The notes under the pieces were generated by a model. The model was not told where the DNA came from. It searched no databases and was given only the letters and a program-made list of their open reading frames with translations. From positions 1 through 50,436 of the forward strand of contig CAZOSY010000001.1 in NCBI GenBank assembly GCA_964582565.1: a DNA stretch of 50,436 nt, read 5' to 3'. The position numbers and the translations under genes are program-made. This DNA is from an uncultured Bacteroidales bacterium. GTDB lineage: Bacteria; Bacteroidota; Bacteroidia; Bacteroidales; CAZZDX01. This document shows, piece by piece, positions 8,880-17,266 of this stretch (within the stretch, counting starts at the first letter, position 1; the number at the start of each line of letters is the position of its first letter).

Positions 8880-8943
8880 TATTTTTTTAATATAAAATAT
8901 TGTATTATTTGAATATACAAATATTAAGAGATAAAAAAGAACC

Positions 8944-9198
8944 ATGAATACAATGATATTTTTTATAATTATTATAGGCATTAGTATTATTCTTTGTATT
9001 TTACGTATGATAAAAGGTCCTACTGCTGCTGACAGAGCAATAGCAGTAGATACAGTAACAACTATTATTGTTGCTCTATTAGTATTACTTGGTTTTGTTT
9101 TCAAAAGATATATTTATCTGGACGTTTCTTTAGTGTATTCAATAATATCATTTGTTGGTTTAATTGCTATTGCAAGATATTTAGAAAAAGGAATATAA
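8944..9198 (+). CDS. MnhF/MrpF-like subunit (MbxB position)
   Basis: 84 aa, 3 TM helices, GPTAADRAIAVDT motif. Confidence 0.75.
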   Translation: MNTMIFFIIIIGISIILCILRMIKGPTAADRAIAVDTVTTIIVALLVLLGFVFKRYIYLDVSLVYSIISFVGLIAIARYLEKGI

Positions 9199-9201
9199 TT
9201 T

Positions 9202-9567
9202 ATGAATATAAATATTGAATTAATTGGAATTATAGTTACAGGAATTGGAATTTTATTCCTTTTTTTGGGTGGCCTTGGAATTTATAGAATGCCTGATGTA
9301 TATAATAGAGTCCAGGCAGGAACAAAATGTACTACTTTAGGCGCTTTTTTAACTATTATAGGTGTAGGGATAATGCAGCCTGAATGGTTCTGGAAAACAC
9401 TCATCATAGCTTTATTTATACTTCTTTCTAATCCTATTTCAAGCCATGCTTTAGGAAGAGCTTCACTTAAAAGTGGTATTTCTTTGTGGCACAAAAGTGT
9501 TGTAAATAAAACTAAAGAATTTAAAGAATCTGAAAAAACTGAAAAGTTAAAAAAATCTAAAGAATAA
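9202..9567 (+). CDS. MnhG/MrpG-like subunit (MbxC position)
   Basis: LGGLGIYRMPDVYNRVQAGTKCTTLG motif, 3 TM helices, Lys/Glu-rich tail. Confidence 0.8.
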   Translation: MNINIELIGIIVTGIGILFLFLGGLGIYRMPDVYNRVQAGTKCTTLGAFLTIIGVGIMQPEWFWKTLIIALFILLSNPISSHALGRASLKSGISLWHKSVVNKTKEFKESEKTEKLKKSKE

Positions 9568-9569
9568 AT

Positions 9570-9809
9570 ATGATTATAATAGTTTCTATATTAATTTTTT
9601 TAATGCTTGTATCAGCAATTGCAGCAGTGATTTTTAAAGATTTATTGAGTGCAGTTATTGCTTCATGTGTTGTTAGTTTGATAGCAGCTGTTCTTTTTTA
9701 TTTCTTGCAGGCACCGGATGTAGCTATGGCAGAAGCTGCTATTGGAGCCGCATTGATAACTGCTATTTTCGTTATTGCTCTTAGAAGAACAAAAAGGTTT
9801 GAAGAATGA
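9570..9809 (+). CDS. small membrane subunit, MbhD/MbxD-like (DUF4040-type)
   Basis: 79 aa, 3 TM helices, QAPDVAMAEAAIGAAL motif. The stop overlaps the next start (ATGA). Confidence 0.65.
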   Translation: MIIIVSILIFLMLVSAIAAVIFKDLLSAVIASCVVSLIAAVLFYFLQAPDVAMAEAAIGAALITAIFVIALRRTKRFEE

Positions 9810-10492
9810 GAAAAATAATTAGTGCCATATTATTAATTGTTATTGCTGGAGGAATTACATTATCCATTATGGAAATTCCTTTTGGTGTAAACAAAGCAAA
9901 GGTAGGTGAGTATTATATAAATAAAGGAAGAGAAGAAACAGGGGCAACAAATATTGTTACTTCAGTAGTGTTGGATTACCGTGGCTTTGATACTCTTGGT
10001 GAAATAACTATACTTTTTTTAGCAGCTCTAAGCGTAGCAGCAATTCTAAGCTTAAGCAGAAAAAGAAATGATAAAAAAGAAAAAATAGAACCGGCAAGCT
10101 TAATATTATATACCGGATGTAGATTTTTATTCCCAATACTTCTTCTTGTGGGTTCATATATTTTTATTCATGGGCATCTTACTCCGGGAGGAGGTTTTCA
10201 GGGAGGAGCAATTATTGCCTCTGCATACCTTCTAATATATTTATCCTGCCCAGGAAAAAGAATAAATGAAAAATATAGTAAGCTAGTAGAATCATTGTCA
10301 GGATTAATTTTTATAGCATTGGGATTGATAGGGCTGGTAATAGGCGGAGAATTTCTTTTTAATTTTTTACCAAAAGGAACTCTTGGTACATTATTTAGTG
10401 CCGGCATTATCCCAATAATTTATATTGCTATTGGATTAAAAGTTGGCTCAGAATTAACCGGTATTATTGATAACTTAATAGAAGAAAGCTAA
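9806..10492 (+). CDS. MnhB/MrpB-domain subunit (MbxF position)
   Basis: TGATNIVTSVVLDYRGFDTLGE motif typical of MnhB. Polytopic. TAATG overlap with the next gene. Confidence 0.8.
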   Translation: MRKIISAILLIVIAGGITLSIMEIPFGVNKAKVGEYYINKGREETGATNIVTSVVLDYRGFDTLGEITILFLAALSVAAILSLSRKRNDKKEKIEPASLILYTGCRFLFPILLLVGSYIFIHGHLTPGGGFQGGAIIASAYLLIYLSCPGKRINEKYSKLVESLSGLIFIALGLIGLVIGGEFLFNFLPKGTLGTLFSAGIIPIIYIAIGLKVGSELTGIIDNLIEES

Positions 10493-10851
10493 TGAATTTT
10501 TTAAATGACTACATTTATTACATAGGAGCTTTTAGTCTGGTTTTTATAGGACTATATGTTTTGTTGGTTAAAAAAAATCTTATTAAGGTTATTATTGGTT
10601 TAAATATTCTTGATACAGGAGTATATTTATTTCTTGTAGCTATTGGTTATATTAATAATGGTACTGCTCCGATATTTTCAAAACCTGGATTAAACCCGAA
10701 AAATATGGTAGATCCCGTACCACAAGCATTAGTACTAACATCTATTGTGATAGGAGTGGCTATCTTATCATTAGCTCTTACATTAGCTATAAGATTATAT
10801 AAACATTATGGAACTCTTAATTTACGCAAAATAAAAGAACAAAGATGGTAA
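10492..10851 (+). CDS. MnhC/NuoK-like subunit (MbxG position)
   Basis: 119 aa, 3 TM helices. Its position between the MnhB-like and MnhD-like genes fits this assignment. Confidence 0.75.
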   Translation: MNFLNDYIYYIGAFSLVFIGLYVLLVKKNLIKVIIGLNILDTGVYLFLVAIGYINNGTAPIFSKPGLNPKNMVDPVPQALVLTSIVIGVAILSLALTLAIRLYKHYGTLNLRKIKEQRW

Positions 10852-12326
10852 ACCTAATATTAAATCCAGTACTTTTAATTGTTGTGCCTTTAGGTCTTGC
10901 CTTTTCTATTCCTTTGTTCGGACTTATTTCGAAAAAGATAGAAAAGTTTATCCCAACTGCAGCTCTTCTCTTTAATCTTATTGTTTCTGTAATACTCATT
11001 CCAAAAGTATTAATAAAACCTATAAATGTTTCTTTAGGTGGATTTTTGCCTCCCTTCTGTATTAATTTGGTAGCAGGACCTGTTGCAATTATATTTGTCG
11101 CACTTATTGCTTTAGTTGGTCTCTTGGTTTCAATTTATGCATGGGATTATATTAAAGAAGGTGCTAAAGAAAAATATCATATCATTTATCTTTTGCTTTT
11201 GATAGGAGCGACAGGTGTTGTTCTTACCGGAGATATATTTAATCTTTTTGTTTTTTTTGAGATTCTTTGTATTTCTTCTTATTCTCTTGTAGCTTATTAT
11301 AGCGATAAAGCCGGTACAGAATCTGCAATAAAATATCTTATACAAGGGTCTGTTGGTTCCGCTTTTATACTTATAGGTATTGGATTGCTTTATGGTCAGT
11401 TCGGAACACTTAATATGGCAGATATCGCAAATCAAATTCATTCTATTCATTCAATTTCTATCTTCCTACCTCTAGTTCTATTGATTACAGGATTTGGTAT
11501 AGAAGCAGCTATTTTCCCTTTAAACGCCTGGCTGCCTGATGCACATTCGTCTGCACCTTCATCAATAAGCGCTGTACTTTCAGGTATAGCTATTGAAGTC
11601 GGACTTTATGCTGTTGTCAGGATTGTATTTACCATTTTTGGCGCTTCAAGTTTATTAATGTTCTTTTTATACTTAGGCGTTTTAACATTATTAATAGGTG
11701 AAATATGTGCTTTCAGTCAGGATAATATTAAAAGAATGCTTGCATATTCCAGTATAGGACAAATTGGACTTATAGTGTTTGCCTTGTCAATTAATACGAC
11801 TTATGGAGTAGCAGGAGGTCTTTTTCAGTTGGTAAATCATACCCTGTCTAAAGCATTATTGTTTTTAGCTGTAGGTTATATGATTTACCGTAGTGGCTCT
11901 ATGAATATATCTTCTTTTGAAGGAATGGGTAAAAAAATGCCATATACTTCATTTGCTTTTACAATTGGAGCATTTTCACTTGTAGGATTACCGCCATTTA
12001 TTGGATTCCCAAGTAAATTTATGATTGTCAAGGCAGCTTTGTTTAAACACGAAATATTATTTACTGTGCTTATTGCACTTGTGCTTTTTGCTACAATAAT
12101 TGAAGGTGCTTATTTTTTCCGTGTAATACAAGTGATTTACTTTAAAGGGAAAAAGGATGACCTGAAGCGAGAAAGAGCACCTATTAGTGCATTAATACCT
12201 TTGTTTATTTTTGTTGGTTTGATAGTGTTTATAGGAGTTTATCCAAAAATTATGACAGACATATTAAACTCAGCAGCTTCAGAACTTTTAAATAGATTAG
12301 ATTATATAAAAAGTGTAATACAATGA
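10845..12326 (+). CDS. antiporter-like subunit, MnhD/NuoN family (MbxH position)
   Basis: Proton-conducting transporter motif FPLNAWLPDAHSSAPSSISAVLSG. About 14 TM helices. Confidence 0.85.
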   Translation: MVNLILNPVLLIVVPLGLAFSIPLFGLISKKIEKFIPTAALLFNLIVSVILIPKVLIKPINVSLGGFLPPFCINLVAGPVAIIFVALIALVGLLVSIYAWDYIKEGAKEKYHIIYLLLLIGATGVVLTGDIFNLFVFFEILCISSYSLVAYYSDKAGTESAIKYLIQGSVGSAFILIGIGLLYGQFGTLNMADIANQIHSIHSISIFLPLVLLITGFGIEAAIFPLNAWLPDAHSSAPSSISAVLSGIAIEVGLYAVVRIVFTIFGASSLLMFFLYLGVLTLLIGEICAFSQDNIKRMLAYSSIGQIGLIVFALSINTTYGVAGGLFQLVNHTLSKALLFLAVGYMIYRSGSMNISSFEGMGKKMPYTSFAFTIGAFSLVGLPPFIGFPSKFMIVKAALFKHEILFTVLIALVLFATIIEGAYFFRVIQVIYFKGKKDDLKRERAPISALIPLFIFVGLIVFIGVYPKIMTDILNSAASELLNRLDYIKSVIQ

Positions 12327-14179
12327 TTTTAGAAACTTTACTTATAATTGCTTTTGGGGGTGCATTAATAACGTATCTTTTAGGAAAAATATCTAAAAAA
12401 ACTAGAAATATTTCTGCTGTAGTTGTTTTATTGGCTTTAGTAGTTATTATTACTTTTCTTTATAATATTTCTTCCAAAGAAATTTTTTATATAGGATTTT
12501 TAAAAAATCTTTCACTCGTTTTAAGAATAAATACATTTTCATGGCTTTTTGCTATAACTATATCAGTTGTGAGTGCACTTTCAATTATTTTTTCTCTAAG
12601 CTATATAAAAGGTAAAGAAAGAACAAATTTCTATTATTTGATGATGATGCTTGTAGATGCAAGTATGATTGGTATTGTGCTTGCCGGTGATTTTGTTACT
12701 TTTTATATCTTCTGGGAGATAATGTCGTGGAGTGCATTTCTTTTGATAAGTTATAATAGAGGTGCTGCCCTCGCTGCAGGGATGAAATATATCATTATGT
12801 CTGTTATCGGTTCTATGGCTATGCTTATTGGAATATTATCCCTTTATGCAAATTATGGAACATTGAATATATCAGAACTTTCTGCTTTTATGACCTCTGC
12901 TTCTTCCGTATATATTTTGTTTATTTTGATAACTTTTGGAATTGGATTTGGAGTTAAGAGTGCAATAATACCTTTACATGCTTGGCTTCCGGATGCTCAT
13001 TCACAAGCACCTTCTCCATTTTCTGCAGTACTTTCGGGAATATTGATAAAAATGGGAATATATGGCTTTATCCTTATTTTTTATGTTATAGTCGGTTTAA
13101 AAAATTTCCTTGTCTTAGGTAGTAATTGGTCCAGCTTTCATTATATTCTCTGTTGGGTAGGTGTTATTACAATAGTAATTCCCAGTTTTATTGCTATACT
13201 ACAAGATGATGCAAAAAGACTTTTAGCTTGGTCCAGCATAGGACAGATTGGTTATATAATACTTGGTATCTCCTTTGGAACAAGTTTAGGTTTTGCTGGA
13301 GGCACATTCCATATCATCAATCATGCAATTTTTAAGGCACTCCTATTTTTAGCTGTTGGTGCAGTAGAATATAGAACAGGAACAAGAGATTTGAATTCAT
13401 TGGGAGGACTAATAAAAAAAATGCCTATAACTTTTTTAGTAGTTTTAATCGGTGCTTTTGGGCTTATTGGAGTTCCTTTGACAAATGGTTTTGTTTCAAA
13501 ATGGATGATTTATAAAACCTTGATACTTGAGGGTCATCCTTTCCTGGCCTTTTTTGCATTGTTGGGAACTTGGGCAGCTATACTTTACACTTATAAATTT
13601 ATTCATAATATTTTCTTAGGACAACTTCAGGAAAAACACGAAAATATAAAAAGAGCACCATTTAGCATGCAGCTTCCAATGATTATTCTTGCATTTGCAA
13701 TTATTCTCTTTGGCATACTACCAGGTATTCCACTTAAGATTATCAACACCATTGGAACTTCTTTTGGTTTTGAATCTTTAAATGTAAACATCTGGGGAAT
13801 TGCTTCTGATACGGGAACATTAAATACTGTAAATATTTTTATGGCTATCTTAGTAATAGGCGTAATTTTGTGGTTGATTTTTAAAGCAGCTCGCAAATCA
13901 GTAAAAATAAATCAGTATGATAACTATGCAGCTGGTTTTTCTATACCTAAAGAAAAATATAATTATACAGTTAATTTTTATAATCCTTTATATAGAATAA
14001 TTACACCTTATCTTAAAGATTTTATTGATGATTTTTATATGTGGATTTCACGAGAAATAAAAAAAATGTCTGTTTCGGTAAGACGCATATATTCAGGTGA
14101 TATAGGATATTATATTATGTACATAATGCTATTTTTGGCATTATTAATTTTTGTTCAAATAAAATGGAACTTATGGTAA
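12323..14179 (+). CDS. second antiporter-like subunit, NuoL/MnhA-D family (MbxH' position)
   Basis: IPLHAWLPDAHSQAPSPFSAVLSG motif. 618 aa with a C-terminal extension. ATGA overlap with the previous gene. Confidence 0.85.
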   Translation: MILETLLIIAFGGALITYLLGKISKKTRNISAVVVLLALVVIITFLYNISSKEIFYIGFLKNLSLVLRINTFSWLFAITISVVSALSIIFSLSYIKGKERTNFYYLMMMLVDASMIGIVLAGDFVTFYIFWEIMSWSAFLLISYNRGAALAAGMKYIIMSVIGSMAMLIGILSLYANYGTLNISELSAFMTSASSVYILFILITFGIGFGVKSAIIPLHAWLPDAHSQAPSPFSAVLSGILIKMGIYGFILIFYVIVGLKNFLVLGSNWSSFHYILCWVGVITIVIPSFIAILQDDAKRLLAWSSIGQIGYIILGISFGTSLGFAGGTFHIINHAIFKALLFLAVGAVEYRTGTRDLNSLGGLIKKMPITFLVVLIGAFGLIGVPLTNGFVSKWMIYKTLILEGHPFLAFFALLGTWAAILYTYKFIHNIFLGQLQEKHENIKRAPFSMQLPMIILAFAIILFGILPGIPLKIINTIGTSFGFESLNVNIWGIASDTGTLNTVNIFMAILVIGVILWLIFKAARKSVKINQYDNYAAGFSIPKEKYNYTVNFYNPLYRIITPYLKDFIDDFYMWISREIKKMSVSVRRIYSGDIGYYIMYIMLFLALLIFVQIKWNLW

Positions 14180-15066
14180 TTATGATATTTAAAATAATAT
14201 TGATGATATTTTTAGCATTTATCATTGGAATATTTTTCCTTGGATTAGCAAGAAAAATAATTGCAAGAATTCAATGGAGATATGGACCTCCTATTACTCA
14301 ACCAATTATTGATATAATTAAACTGTTTAATCAAGGAAGTATGAGTCATGGTGTTTTATTCAATTTTGGAATAATTCTTTCTCTAACTGGCTCTATCGTG
14401 TTAACATTGTTCCTTCCTATGGGGAAAATGTGCCCGTTAAGTAGCTCCGGGGGACTTCTTGTAATTATATATATTATGCTTTTAATACCCTTAGGGATGG
14501 CATTGAGTAGTGGTGAGGCAGCTAATCCAAATGCAAGTATTGGTATATCAAGAAAATTTATTTTGGCTCTGGGTTATGAGGTACCATTGTTGCTTATTTT
14601 TCTTGCAGTTATGACCCATTATGATACTATTTCAATAGTTAAAATAGTAAAAATACAATCCAATACAGGATGGTCTTTAACATCCTTACCCTTATTATTG
14701 TCCGGTATTGCTTATATATTAATACTTCCCGCAATATTGGGTGTAAGACCTTTTGATATTGTTAAAGCCCCACAGGAAATTTCATCAGGTCCAATGGTTG
14801 AATATGGAGGCAAATTTTTAGCTCTTGCTACCATACAACATGCTTTTAATGAATTTATTGCGCTCTCTCTTTTTGTAAATTTATTTTTAGGAGGTGCTGG
14901 TAACCCCGGATACTTCTTTTTGAAAATGTTAGTTGTATTTTTTATATACCAACTTGTGAATGCTGTATTTTTACGTTTCAGGATAGAACAGGCATTAAAA
15001 TATTTGTGGAAATGGCCAACACTGCTTGCATTAGCAGGTCTGATAATTGTTGTAATAACAAATTAA
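14164..15066 (+). CDS. NuoH/MbhM-like membrane subunit (MbxM position)
   Basis: RIQWRYGPP and EISSGPMVEYGG motifs of the NuoH/HyfC family. 8 TM helices. The true start may be an internal ATG a few codons downstream. Confidence 0.8.
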   Translation: MELMVIMIFKIILMIFLAFIIGIFFLGLARKIIARIQWRYGPPITQPIIDIIKLFNQGSMSHGVLFNFGIILSLTGSIVLTLFLPMGKMCPLSSSGGLLVIIYIMLLIPLGMALSSGEAANPNASIGISRKFILALGYEVPLLLIFLAVMTHYDTISIVKIVKIQSNTGWSLTSLPLLLSGIAYILILPAILGVRPFDIVKAPQEISSGPMVEYGGKFLALATIQHAFNEFIALSLFVNLFLGGAGNPGYFFLKMLVVFFIYQLVNAVFLRFRIEQALKYLWKWPTLLALAGLIIVVITN

Positions 15067-15074
15067 ATTAATAC

Positions 15075-15632
15075 ATGGATAGAAATAAACTTGGAAAATG
15101 GTTAAAGTCCCCGGCAAAAATGGGGCATAAATATTCGCTACATGTAGTATATTTTTGTACAGGTTGTGGAATTATGGAGGTGCCACCTTCTATCACAACA
15201 CGATGGGATGCAGAGAGATTTGGAATAATACCTGTTGCCAGTCCAAGACAAGCTAATTTATTTTTAATCACAGGATACGTATCTTTAAAAACATTAAAAG
15301 CAATTATACGCACTTATGAACAAATGCCGGAACCAAAATTTACCGTAGCACTTGGTTCTTGTCCTATAAATGGAGGAATGTATTGGGATTCTTATAATAC
15401 TATTAAACATTTAGATAAGTATATTCCTATTGACGGTTGGATTGCAGGATGTATGCCAAGACCTGAAGCTATATTCATTGGTGTAACTCATTTGTGGACT
15501 ATGATTGATAAAGAAATGGCAGATGGTTATAAAAAATACAGGAAAAATTATAAATATTACAGGGAAAATCAGGAACAAATTTATGGTAAACTTGAATGGC
15601 CACCATTATTTTCAAAGGAGGTTAAAGAATGA
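15075..15632 (+). CDS. NuoB/MbhJ-like [4Fe-4S] subunit (MbxJ position)
   Basis: Four-Cys cluster set: FCTGCGIMEV, GSCPINGG and GCMPRPEA. Confidence 0.85.
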   Translation: MDRNKLGKWLKSPAKMGHKYSLHVVYFCTGCGIMEVPPSITTRWDAERFGIIPVASPRQANLFLITGYVSLKTLKAIIRTYEQMPEPKFTVALGSCPINGGMYWDSYNTIKHLDKYIPIDGWIAGCMPRPEAIFIGVTHLWTMIDKEMADGYKKYRKNYKYYRENQEQIYGKLEWPPLFSKEVKE

Positions 15633-16153
15633 ATAAATCACTTAAAGAAAAACTTTTATCATCATTTAGTGATATTCAAATAGATATTACTGAAGATAAC
15701 AGAGTCGTTATTAATACAAAAAAAGATGATGTTATTTCTATTTTAACTTTTTTAAAAAATATAGGCTATAAACACTTAGCTCTTATTTCTTGCATTGACT
15801 GGATAGAAAAAAAAGAATTTGAGTTGGTCTATATTCTTTCTGCATATATGGATAATGATACTGAATATAAAGAGAAAGAAAAAACAAATATCTTAGTAAA
15901 AACAAAAATTTCCAGAGAAAAATCTGAATTTATCACAGTAATAAACGTTTTTACAAATGCTGAACCTTACGAACGTGAGCTGCATGAACTTTTTGGGATA
16001 TATTTTGAAGGGCATCCAAGACTAACACCGCTTTTTTTGGAACTGAAGTACAAAACACCTCCTTTTAGAAAAAATTTTGATATAAGAAAATATGTAACAG
16101 ACGTATTTGATAATATTCCTTTTGTGGAAGATAGAAAAGAAAAAGAAAAATAA
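15629..16153 (+). CDS. NuoC/MbhK-like subunit (MbxK position)
   Basis: ERELHELFGIYFEGHP motif. ATGA overlap with the upstream gene. Confidence 0.8.
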   Translation: MNKSLKEKLLSSFSDIQIDITEDNRVVINTKKDDVISILTFLKNIGYKHLALISCIDWIEKKEFELVYILSAYMDNDTEYKEKEKTNILVKTKISREKSEFITVINVFTNAEPYERELHELFGIYFEGHPRLTPLFLELKYKTPPFRKNFDIRKYVTDVFDNIPFVEDRKEKEK

Positions 16154-17250
16154 TGAGAGAAATAGAACTATATTTTGGTCCACAGCACCTTGGAATGGTT
16201 GGTAACTTTAGCATTACATTAAATGTTGAAGGTGACCGTATCTTAAAAGCTGCTGCTAATCCCGGGTTCCTACATCGCGGATTTGAAAAACTTATGGAAC
16301 AAAGAACATGGATACAAAATTTTCCATTAGTATGCAGGATAAATGTTGTGGAACCTGATCCTATGGAATTAATGTATGCTATGGGTGTTGAGAAATTAGC
16401 TAATATTAAAATTCCTGAAAGAGCAAAGTATATTAGAAGTATTTATCTTGAGCTTGCTAGAATTGCTTCTCATTTGTTTGGTTTATGGGCATATTCCAAT
16501 ATGTTAGGTTTTGATACTGTTGCACAATGGGCAATGTATCACCGCGATCTTGTACTGGACCTTTTTGAAGAACTTACCGGTGGTAGAGTTTACCATATAT
16601 ATATTTGGCCAGGTGGTGTAAGACGCGATTTTCCTGAAGGATTTAAAGATAAAATAGTTAAAACATTACATACTATTGGTGGTTGTGTGCCTGATTATGA
16701 TAATACATTTTTTAACAATCGAACATTTTACAAAAGATCCAAAAATATAGGAATAGTAACACGGAAAGAAGCTGAAGAAATGGGAGGAGTTGGGCAGGTT
16801 ATGAGAGCAACAGGTATGAAATATGATATTAGGAAAATTGAACCTTATGCTGCTTATGATAAAGTGGATTGGGAAATACCTACTAGAAAAGATGGTGATG
16901 CGTTTTCACGCATCTGGATAGTACGTGATGAAATGATTGAAAGCGTTCATATGATATTTAAGCTGCTCGATAAAATGCCCGAAGGAGAGGTTTTTAATAA
17001 AATGCCTAATCCTTTCAAATGGAATATCCCAAAAGGAGAGGCTTATGTAAGATGTGAATCTTCAAGAGGAGAATTAGGTCTTTATATGGTTAGTAATGGC
17101 AAAGATAAACCGTATCGTGTGCATTTTAGAACACCTTCTTATTCGCACGGATTAACAATATTGGAAAAGGCATTAGTAAATGAAAGTGTTGCTGATGTAG
17201 GTAATATAATGATAAGTTTATATGTAACGGCTCCTGAAATAGACAGATAA
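16153..17250 (+). CDS. NuoD/MbxL-like catalytic-type subunit without Ni-Fe cysteine ligands
   Basis: GPQHLG, FLHRGFEKL and CESSRGELGLYM motifs of the NuoD / [NiFe] group-4 large-subunit fold. The RxCGxC box reads CRINVVEP. The C-terminus reads VTAPEIDR and has no Cys. Confidence 0.85.
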   Translation: MREIELYFGPQHLGMVGNFSITLNVEGDRILKAAANPGFLHRGFEKLMEQRTWIQNFPLVCRINVVEPDPMELMYAMGVEKLANIKIPERAKYIRSIYLELARIASHLFGLWAYSNMLGFDTVAQWAMYHRDLVLDLFEELTGGRVYHIYIWPGGVRRDFPEGFKDKIVKTLHTIGGCVPDYDNTFFNNRTFYKRSKNIGIVTRKEAEEMGGVGQVMRATGMKYDIRKIEPYAAYDKVDWEIPTRKDGDAFSRIWIVRDEMIESVHMIFKLLDKMPEGEVFNKMPNPFKWNIPKGEAYVRCESSRGELGLYMVSNGKDKPYRVHFRTPSYSHGLTILEKALVNESVADVGNIMISLYVTAPEIDR

Positions 17251-17266
17251 AATAGAGGATAAAAAA

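Noticed and set aside
16153-17250. Calling the NuoD-like protein a [NiFe] hydrogenase large subunit (Mbh/Ech type).
   Set aside because: Both cysteine pairs of the Ni-Fe site are absent (CRINVVEP instead of RxCGxC; VTAPEIDR instead of DPCxxC).
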